The notes under the pieces are model-generated. The model saw only the letters and a list, made by a program, of their open reading frames with translations. It ran no database searches and was not told the origin of the DNA. A DNA stretch of 62,132 bases from Candidatus Krumholzibacteriia bacterium (GTDB lineage: Bacteria; Krumholzibacteriota; Krumholzibacteriia; WVZY01): contig JAZGDW010000139.1 in NCBI GenBank assembly GCA_036478295.1, forward strand, positions 1-62,132, given 5' to 3'. Positions 17,361 to 24,356 of this stretch are shown one piece after another. The first letter of the stretch is position 1, and the number at the start of each line of letters is the position of its first letter. A program made the position numbers and the translations under genes.

Positions 17361-17506
17361 GCGGGGATGAGTGGCGATGCGTGGGTGGGTTGGTGACGGA
17401 GCCGTTGCGGGAACGAGCGAGGATCACCCGCCGTAGGCAGGTAGCCGAGCGAAGTGGAGCACGGCGACGGAGGCGATCCAACCACGCATCGCCACTCCGA
17501 CCCCGC
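17361..17506 (+). repeat. Palindromic structured element, copy 1 (possible 3'-UTR RNA element or REP-like repeat)
   Basis: Conserved core GACGGAGCCGTTGCGGGAACGAGCGAGGATC - 17-nt hairpin - TAGCCGAGCGAAGTGGAGCACGGCGA, enclosed by the outer stem GAGTGGCGATGCGTGG..GGTTGG / CCAACCACGCATCGCCACTC. Lies between convergent gene ends. Confidence 0.75.
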
Positions 17507-17513
17507 AAAAGGT

Positions 17514-20500
17514 TTACTTGCAGGGCAGAAAGCGGACCGCCGTCCGCATCTCTTCGAGCACGCGATCCAGGGCCGATACCGTTTCGTCGATATCTTTTTC
17601 CGTCGTCTCGTGAGAAAGAGAAAGCCGCACCGCACAGTGGGCCTCCTCTTCGGTCCGTCCCATAGCGATGAGCACGTGGGTGGGCTTGGGCGATCCCGAC
17701 TTGCACGCGGAGCCCGATGAAATCGAAACCCCCTGCTGGTCGAGCGCCACGACTAGTGACTCCCCGCGAATCCCCGGCAGCGTGAGATTCAGCGTGTTGG
17801 GCAGCCGCTTTTCCGGATGCCCGTTCAACCGCGCGCCGGGCACCAGTTTTTTGATCGACCGCTCGAGCCGGTCACGAAGCGCTTTCACTTCATTCCCGTT
17901 CTGTGCCCGTTTCGCTGCCAGCTCCGCCGCCTTGCCCAGGCCGACAATCGCCGGTACGTTTTCCGTGCCCGCACGGACGCCGCCCTCCTGCTCGCCGCCG
18001 TGAACGAACGGCTCTAGCTCGACTCCCTTCTTTGCGAACAAAGCGCCGACGCCTTTTGGGCCGTGAAACTTGTGACCGGAAATCGTCAACATATCCACAC
18101 CGAGATCCTCCACATCGACCTTGATCTTGCCGATCGCCTGCACGGCATCGGTGTGAAACAGGACGTCCCTCTCGTGGGCGACGGCACGCAATTCCTTGAT
18201 GGGCAGGATGCTCCCCACCTCGTTGTTGGCCATCATGATCGAAACGATGATGGTGTCATCGGTAATCGCCTGCCGCAAGACATCGGGGGACAGCCAGCCC
18301 GTCTCGTCCACGTCCAGGTAGGTCACCCGGTAACCGGTTTTTTCGAGGAACTCGCAGGTACTGAGCACGGCGGGATGTTCGATCCGCGTGGTGATGATAT
18401 GATTGCCCTTGTGACGCATCGCGAAGGAGGCACCCTTTAGCGCGAGGTTGTCCGCCTCCGAGCCGCCGCTGGTAAATATGATGCGGCGCGGCCGGCAGTT
18501 GAGAAGCCGGGCGGCACGCCGTCGCGCCGTCTCCACGGCCTCACGGGCGTCCCTACCCATGCCGTGAATGCTGGACGGGTTGCCGTGCACGGTTTCCAGA
18601 AACGGCATCATGGCGTCCCGCACCTGGTCGGACACACGTGTGGACGCGTTGTTATCGAGATAGATTTGAGTGGCGGTTTTTTTTCTGGCCCCGGTGACGG
18701 AGGCCGCACCTCTGCCGCCCGCCACGGCCGCCGCCGGTACCGCGCGCGCGCGCTTATCGAGCGTCACCGTGCGCCGCGCCTTGTCGGTGGCCCCCTCGAC
18801 CTTCTGCACCTCACAGAGAAGCGCCTTGTACACCGGAAAACCGGATATCTCGTCGTAATTGCCGATGTCGGTGAGCTCGTTGACGTTCCATTCGCGCCAC
18901 GCCTTCGGCCCCACGGGCGATCCCCCACCCATGTTGCACTCGACGGCTCCTCGCACGATACGGTCGGTGACGCGTGCGCGAAATCGCACCGACCCGCGCG
19001 GGGAGCTGACCTCGACCAGATCGCCGCTGTCGATGCTCCGGGCTGCGGCATCATCGATGTGCATCTCGACCACCGGTTCGGGGTTCGCCGACACCAGGCC
19101 CTTGACACCGTGATGCTGAGAACGAAAGTCCGTCTGGATACGCGCCCCGGAGTTGAAGACGAGCGGAAATTCCCCGGCGACGGAGGGGCTGTTTCGTGGG
19201 CCCTCTTTGGGCTCGATGTATTTCGGTAGTGGCTCGTAACCGTAGTCTTCGAGTGTCGTCGACCAGATCTCGAACTTGCCCGTGGGGGTCTCGAAACCAG
19301 GCTTGCCGTCTTTGCGCAGGCCTCCCTTCTGCCACTTCTTGAATTCCATCATCGATGTCTCGTTCTGGACCCAGCCGCCTTGCTTGCGGATGTCCTCCAG
19401 CGTGTAGCCGGAACCGTCCAGGGCAAATCGAATCATTTCTTCTTCCGTTTGCGGGTAAAGGTCGCCGTAGCCGAGCCGCCTGGCGAGCTCGGCCATTATG
19501 AGATAGTCGTTGCGCGCTTCGCCCACCGGCTCGATGATTTTCTCGCGTAGGCGAAACACGGGACCGTACACCATGTAGGAATCGATCTCGAACATGGTGG
19601 TGGCGGGCAGGACGATGTCGGCGTACGCCGCGTCCGCCGTCAACTGCCGGTCGACGCACAAGAGAAAGTCGAGCTTCGATAACGTTTCGCGCCACAGCGC
19701 CGTCTGTGGCCACGACGTCAGCAGAGACGCCCCATGGATAATGAGACCGCGGATGGGGTAGGGCTCGCCTGCGCGCACGGCATCGAGCAGTCCGCTGGCG
19801 TGGGATTCGCCGCGGTAATGGCTATAAATCGGAAACCGCTCGCGGGCGACGGCGCGGTCGAGGTCGGGGTTTTCCTGATTGCACGAGCGGTTTATGGGGA
19901 AATGGCTGTCCAGCATGGCGAGGCCGACGCCGCCGGGCACGTCCAGCTGGCCGGCCAGCGCGAAGAGCGTGTGCACCGCGCGGATGGCCTGCACGCCGCT
20001 GTTGGAATACTCGAGACCGGTGTACATCACCGGGCAGGCGCCGATCGCACTGCAGATGCGCCGCGCCATGTCGCGAATGAACTCCGCCGGCACGCCGGTG
20101 ATGCCCTCGACTACCTCCGGCGGGAAGTGCTGAACGTATGTCTTCAACTCGTCGAATCCGTGGCACCAGTTCTCGGTGAAGTCTTCGTCGTAGAGTTCCT
20201 CATCGATCATGACCTCGATCATGCCCAGCGCCAGCGCGCCGTCCGTGCCGGGTCGGATCGGGATCCAGCGCGCGTCCGTCCGTTCCGCGGTCTCCGTGTA
20301 GCGCGGGTCGATGACGACAATCTCCGCGCCGCGCCTGGCGGCCGCCTCCAGCCGGTGCATGTCGAGGGGCGGCGAGTCGGTGGCGGGATTGGTGCCCCAC
20401 ACGACGAGCAGCTCCGCGTTCTCGATGTCGGTAAACATATCGACCAGCATGCGTCCCATCGTCACATGGGGAGAGATCATGGCGAACGACACGTAGCACA

Positions 20501-21032
20501 GCGCACCTACTCCCATGGTATTCGGAGAGCCGAAGGGAAAGAGTATGTTGGAGGCCGAGGACACCGCCACGCCTTTGGGCTGGTACATGTCGCAAAGCGA
20601 TAGCTCGAAGGCGCCGCGGCCCGTGTAGATCGCCGTCGCTTCGGGGCCGGATTCTTTTTTGATCGTGTTGAGATTGTCGGTGATGATGTCGTAGGCCTCA
20701 TCCCACGTGATGCGCTCGAACTCGTGGGTGCCCTTGGGGCCCGCGCGTTTCACGGGATGGGTGAGACGGTGTTTGGAATGGACGATCTCGGGCGCGTGCT
20801 GGCCCCGCCGGCAGATCATCCCCAGGGGATGGCTCGTGTCCGGCTTGATGTCAACGAGCTTGCCGTCGTCCAGCTGCAACTCGACCCAGCAGCCGGCCGG
20901 ACAGATACCGCAAATGCCTTTTTTCCATTTCACGGTCTGGCTACCTCGGTGAGAACACGGGCGATGCCTGACCTTATCACCAAACCCGGACGGTTCAAGG
21001 CTTTTTTGGGGTGGTGGCGGCGAATGCCGCAT
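17514..21032 (-). CDS. Fusion protein: molybdopterin (bis-MGD) oxidoreductase family domain (N-terminal) + NifS/IscS-type class-V cysteine desulfurase (C-terminal)
   Basis: One open frame. MopB part: CGICPAGC...MIC 4Fe-4S motif, ITWDEAYD, GDLVEVSSPRGSVRFRARVTDRI. NifS part (17514-18665): IYLDNNAST, SGHKFHGPKG (PLP Lys), SSGSACKSG (active Cys). The start is uncertain: ATG 21149, ATG 21032 or GTG 20933. Confidence 0.85.
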   Translation of the reverse strand: MRHSPPPPQKSLEPSGFGDKVRHRPCSHRGSQTVKWKKGICGICPAGCWVELQLDDGKLVDIKPDTSHPLGMICRRGQHAPEIVHSKHRLTHPVKRAGPKGTHEFERITWDEAYDIITDNLNTIKKESGPEATAIYTGRGAFELSLCDMYQPKGVAVSSASNILFPFGSPNTMGVGALCYVSFAMISPHVTMGRMLVDMFTDIENAELLVVWGTNPATDSPPLDMHRLEAAARRGAEIVVIDPRYTETAERTDARWIPIRPGTDGALALGMIEVMIDEELYDEDFTENWCHGFDELKTYVQHFPPEVVEGITGVPAEFIRDMARRICSAIGACPVMYTGLEYSNSGVQAIRAVHTLFALAGQLDVPGGVGLAMLDSHFPINRSCNQENPDLDRAVARERFPIYSHYRGESHASGLLDAVRAGEPYPIRGLIIHGASLLTSWPQTALWRETLSKLDFLLCVDRQLTADAAYADIVLPATTMFEIDSYMVYGPVFRLREKIIEPVGEARNDYLIMAELARRLGYGDLYPQTEEEMIRFALDGSGYTLEDIRKQGGWVQNETSMMEFKKWQKGGLRKDGKPGFETPTGKFEIWSTTLEDYGYEPLPKYIEPKEGPRNSPSVAGEFPLVFNSGARIQTDFRSQHHGVKGLVSANPEPVVEMHIDDAAARSIDSGDLVEVSSPRGSVRFRARVTDRIVRGAVECNMGGGSPVGPKAWREWNVNELTDIGNYDEISGFPVYKALLCEVQKVEGATDKARRTVTLDKRARAVPAAAVAGGRGAASVTGARKKTATQIYLDNNASTRVSDQVRDAMMPFLETVHGNPSSIHGMGRDAREAVETARRRAARLLNCRPRRIIFTSGGSEADNLALKGASFAMRHKGNHIITTRIEHPAVLSTCEFLEKTGYRVTYLDVDETGWLSPDVLRQAITDDTIIVSIMMANNEVGSILPIKELRAVAHERDVLFHTDAVQAIGKIKVDVEDLGVDMLTISGHKFHGPKGVGALFAKKGVELEPFVHGGEQEGGVRAGTENVPAIVGLGKAAELAAKRAQNGNEVKALRDRLERSIKKLVPGARLNGHPEKRLPNTLNLTLPGIRGESLVVALDQQGVSISSGSACKSGSPKPTHVLIAMGRTEEEAHCAVRLSLSHETTEKDIDETVSALDRVLEEMRTAVRFLPCK

Positions 21033-21079
21033 GAGACCGGGAACTTGCAGGGCCAGCGCGGGGCGCGGTGCCGCCGGAT

Positions 21080-21424
21080 CTACCGTTGCGAGTCGGCAAG
21101 ATACTCCTCGGGGTGCGCTCGGAGAAGATCCGCGCACGCATCGCTGCACATCGCGTAGCTCTGGTAGCCGATGTTCACGAACGATTCGTAGTTCACGTCC
21201 TCCCGGCAGACGGGGCAGCGCCCCATCTCCGGGTTATCGAACGTGACTTTGAGACTCCTGGCCTTCTTGACCGTGCGCAGGCGGGCGTTCAGTTGTTTCA
21301 CCGGCGCCGACGCGGTCTCCTGGATGGCCACCTGGTTGTGGCTCCAGAGAGAATAGACACCGATCGCGATCAAGAGCAACGCGATCAGGACAACGACGTT
21401 GGCACTGCCGGCTTGTTTTTCCAT
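21080..21424 (-). CDS. Single-pass membrane protein with C-terminal YHS/TRASH-type metal-binding domain
   Basis: Start at MEKQAGSANVVVLIALLLIAIGVY (GGGGAG RBS). C-terminal CPVCREDV...YAMCSDACADLLRAHPEEY matches the Cys pattern of YHS/TRASH domains. Confidence 0.7.
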   Translation of the reverse strand: MEKQAGSANVVVLIALLLIAIGVYSLWSHNQVAIQETASAPVKQLNARLRTVKKARSLKVTFDNPEMGRCPVCREDVNYESFVNIGYQSYAMCSDACADLLRAHPEEYLADSQR

Positions 21425-21578
21425 GACTCCCCGCATAGCACATTTTGCCCGCGTTGCACAATGCAAGCGGACGTATCTCAACGCGAAGTTTGGAAGTGTA
21501 ATCGAACGATGCGCCCCTCGGGGCCACGGCTTCGGGTTGCGGAAAGATAACTGTACTGTTGTCGCCTGTCCGGCACCC

Positions 21579-21731
21579 CTACCTGAGGTGGCCGTTGGCG
21601 TATTCCACGTGCTGTCCGGCCTCCTGGGTGGTGATATCTTCGCTATAGCTCCAGAAGAAATAGACCCCGACCGTGAACATCAGCAGGATGAATAACGCAA
21701 CAACTCTGGCACGTTTGGCTTGCTTGTTCAT
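21579..21731 (-). CDS. Small (50-aa) single-pass membrane protein, truncated paralogue of the YHS protein N-terminus (below the ORF-track length cut-off)
   Basis: AAAGGGAGGGCTC ATG RBS. Sequence MNKQAKRARVVALFILLMFTVGVYFFWSYSEDITTQEAGQHVEYANGHLR aligns with MEKQAGSANVVVLIALLLIAIGVYSLWSHNQVAIQETAS of the next gene. Confidence 0.6.
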   Translation of the reverse strand: MNKQAKRARVVALFILLMFTVGVYFFWSYSEDITTQEAGQHVEYANGHLR

Positions 21732-22080
21732 GAGCCCTCCCTTTAAAGATCGCGTGGCTGGGTGCGCCTTGCGCCCGGAAAGAACTTTTCATTCGAACTC
21801 CGGAAAGCACCTCGCGCCCGCGCTAGGGTGTGCAATAGCATAGATCGGGCCGATGCCCCACCGATGGCGATCCGGCGGTGGTGGTGGCATGGGTAACACG
21901 TTGTCCCCCAGAAAGTTGTGGCCCGGGAGCCGTCTCAGATGCGGGTGGGGTTCGAGGCGGGCATCGAGCCAAAATTGCCGGGGTGACGCGTTGGGGATTG
22001 CAACGCGTACCCGGGCGGGCGGGGACGGGATTGCCCGGCGGGGCAGGCGCGCCACGGCAGCCCGGAACCCGGAGTAACCC

Positions 22081-22137
22081 GCACCAGATACCCCCTGCAC
22101 CAGATACCGGCAAAAGGGCCTTCAGGTGTGGTATACT
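22081..22137 (+). promoter_or_regulatory. Direct repeats GCACCAGATACC x2 (22081-22092, 22097-22108) followed by an extended -10 promoter element TGgTATACT (22129-22137)
   Basis: Read from the sequence; ~40 nt upstream of the ATG at 22179. There is no good -35 hexamer, which is acceptable for extended -10 promoters. Confidence 0.4.
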
Positions 22138-22178
22138 GCCGCGTACCGATACCCTCCACAGCCCTCGAGAAAAGACCC

Positions 22179-23213
22179 ATGCGTCACATGATCTACAGAA
22201 TGTGCTGGAACTCCCGCGGGTGGAGAATGCCGACCCACACCTCGGGTGACGGCGGCTACCCGAGAGAAATGGGTTTCGGCATGGAGGAGTGGAACTTTCA
22301 GCTCGAAGACGCCGTCGACGGCTTCGTCTACGGGTACCTCTACTACAAACCTTCCGCCAAGGTCGTCCGGGAATCCGCGGGACGTTTCAGGATCGGCTTC
22401 TGGAGCATGCACCCCGACACCCGCGCAAAACTCCTGGTGGGCGTTTACAACGACGCCTCCCAGGCGACACCCGAAGACCTGCTGGCGGTGGACAGCACGT
22501 TCGAGAAAAACGGCGTCTACCCGCGGCGGGCGGAGGAACTGTCGTCTGTCGTCCCGTCTATTTCATTCGATGATGCGCTCTCGAAGGTCAGGAATTCCGT
22601 TCATGCGGGACTGCTCAATTTCAAATGCCGCGTCGAAGACTTTCACCTGCCGCCCGAGCCTATTCCTATCGGTGAGATCGTTCGCAACCAGACTATCGGC
22701 GAGCATTTCACCACGCCGACGTTCATTCCGGAGTTGAACCTGCCCGGGGTGCGGCGGCGGCCGGCGACGGCGGGTGCGGCGAGCGTCCTCGCCGAGGATG
22801 CCTACTACCGCGAGAACCCACAGACCTTGAAGCGCATCATTCGGCGCCACAACACGTTGTCCACCCGGTTTGGCCAGTGGTTGAAGCGCTCCGGTTTCTC
22901 GGGCGTCATGCAGGAACGCAACTACGTCGATGTAACCTTCGAGAAAGACGATGCCCACTACCGTGCCGAGCTCAAGACGTGTTACGGCGTGGGCAGCACC
23001 AAGGCGATCCGGGAGGCGCTGGGACAGCTGCTCGAGTACAACCTCTATCCCGGTAAGGGTAGCGCGGACCGCTGGGCGATCATCATCGACGAACGGCCCT
23101 CCAAACACGATATCGAATATCTGCTCGTGCTGCGGCGCCAGCTCAAGCTCCCGCTCTGCCTGGGTTGGAAAGAACGCGACGGTTTTGTCTTTCCAGACGG
23201 GCTGGGTTTGTGA
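22179..23213 (+). CDS. Two-domain protein: unassigned N-terminal beta-rich domain + C-terminal RecB/Cas4-like PD-(D/E)xK nuclease domain
   Basis: Nuclease motifs in order: NYVDVTF (Asp), AELK (Glu-x-Lys), GQLLEY (QxxxY). N-terminal IYRMCWNSRGWRMPT...GFGMEEWNF. No signal peptide. Confidence 0.6.
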   Translation: MRHMIYRMCWNSRGWRMPTHTSGDGGYPREMGFGMEEWNFQLEDAVDGFVYGYLYYKPSAKVVRESAGRFRIGFWSMHPDTRAKLLVGVYNDASQATPEDLLAVDSTFEKNGVYPRRAEELSSVVPSISFDDALSKVRNSVHAGLLNFKCRVEDFHLPPEPIPIGEIVRNQTIGEHFTTPTFIPELNLPGVRRRPATAGAASVLAEDAYYRENPQTLKRIIRRHNTLSTRFGQWLKRSGFSGVMQERNYVDVTFEKDDAHYRAELKTCYGVGSTKAIREALGQLLEYNLYPGKGSADRWAIIIDERPSKHDIEYLLVLRRQLKLPLCLGWKERDGFVFPDGLGL

Positions 23214-23326
23214 AGGCAACGCTTGTCCGGTGTCCCCCGGGGAGGGACCGCTCCCGAGGAAGGGCCGCTCCCGAGGACGGGAGTATTCGGACATGCGCAC
23301 GTGATTGGATGTTGTCTGTGAAGTCG

Positions 23327-24091
23327 CTACAGCCCCTCCAGCAGGTCTGTTTCACGCGGCTCGCCCGGCGTCCATGAGGGAAACACCCGCACGAAGGCTT
23401 CCTGCTCGAACACGCCCGCGTCGTAGAGTTCCTTGAAAGGCGGGCCGTCGCGCTGGGTGTCATGCGCCTGGATGGCCTGCCACTTGATGTCCGCCGTGTC
23501 GCGCGTGTCGATGACGGTCGTGATTTCATCGTCCGGTGAGTAGTAGACCTCGCGCGGCCAGTTCGCACGCTTGATCGCCTCCATCGCCGTGTACTGGTAG
23601 AGTTTCGACGTGCGGTGCGGCGGCAGCGCCCTCAAGTCCGGGTCATTGTACCAATTCTGCCACGCGCTCCCCAGGAACGCGCCGGTGAGCGCCGTCGCGA
23701 TCACGCGGTGGTCGGGATGAAATGAAATGCCCGAGCCATGAAACGTCATTACCATGTCGGGTTTTTCGCGGCGGATGACCTCCACGATTTTTTTCTCGAC
23801 TTCGAGCACGTTGATATTCTGGAGGTCACCGTCGTGCCAGCCGAAAAAACCGAGAAACTCGATACCGAGTACCTCAGCAGCCCTGGCCGTCTCCTCGCGG
23901 CGAAGTTTGCGCAGCTCCGTGTTGTCCTTGGGCCGTTCCTTGTAGAGACGACCGGCGCCGCCGTCGGTGGCCAGCGTGAACGCGACCCTATGACCGGCCG
24001 CGGCGTACTTGGCAAAAGTCCCGCCCGGACCCATGGATTCGTCGTCGGGGTGGGCGAAGACGCCGAGAATGGTTTTTTTCTTACCTGTCAT
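23327..24091 (-). CDS. PIG-L/LmbE family N-acetylglucosaminyl deacetylase
   Basis: GVFAHPDDESMGPGG motif plus downstream His/Asp motifs; 254 aa. Confidence 0.85.
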   Translation of the reverse strand: MTGKKKTILGVFAHPDDESMGPGGTFAKYAAAGHRVAFTLATDGGAGRLYKERPKDNTELRKLRREETARAAEVLGIEFLGFFGWHDGDLQNINVLEVEKKIVEVIRREKPDMVMTFHGSGISFHPDHRVIATALTGAFLGSAWQNWYNDPDLRALPPHRTSKLYQYTAMEAIKRANWPREVYYSPDDEITTVIDTRDTADIKWQAIQAHDTQRDGPPFKELYDAGVFEQEAFVRVFPSWTPGEPRETDLLEGL

Positions 24092-24356
24092 GTTTTCTCA
24101 TTATACGTCATAATGTTACGTCTGTGGATGGCGGTCCGGTACGCACGCCTGGTACGCGAAGTGCCCTTTGTCAGGCGTCCCGCCCACCACCGGCCGGTAC
24201 CTGCCGCACCCCTTCTCTTGACAGCGTTCGCGGGGGAGAAATCGCGCATATGGTAACAAAACCGGAGCGGTTGCCGTACTACTAAAACGTTCCAGGTGCG
24301 CTCATCGGGCGCCGCCTGGAATACAGACAAGCCTACTCAACACTCAGGAGGTCCAT

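Noticed and set aside
17361-17506. Palindromic elements interpreted as integron attC sites
   Set aside because: The outer ends read GGTTGGC...GCCAACC. This has the wrong order for R''(RYYYAAC)...R'(GTTRRRY), and the GTTGGCG / CGCCAAC ends fit the RRRY / RYYY consensus imperfectly. There is no intI gene or cassette array, and the flanking genes are housekeeping.
21789-22249. Several 75-125-aa ORFs in both strands of the GC-rich spacer
   Set aside because: They are Arg/Pro/Gly-dominated in every frame, mutually overlapping, and lack an RBS. The region is treated as non-coding.
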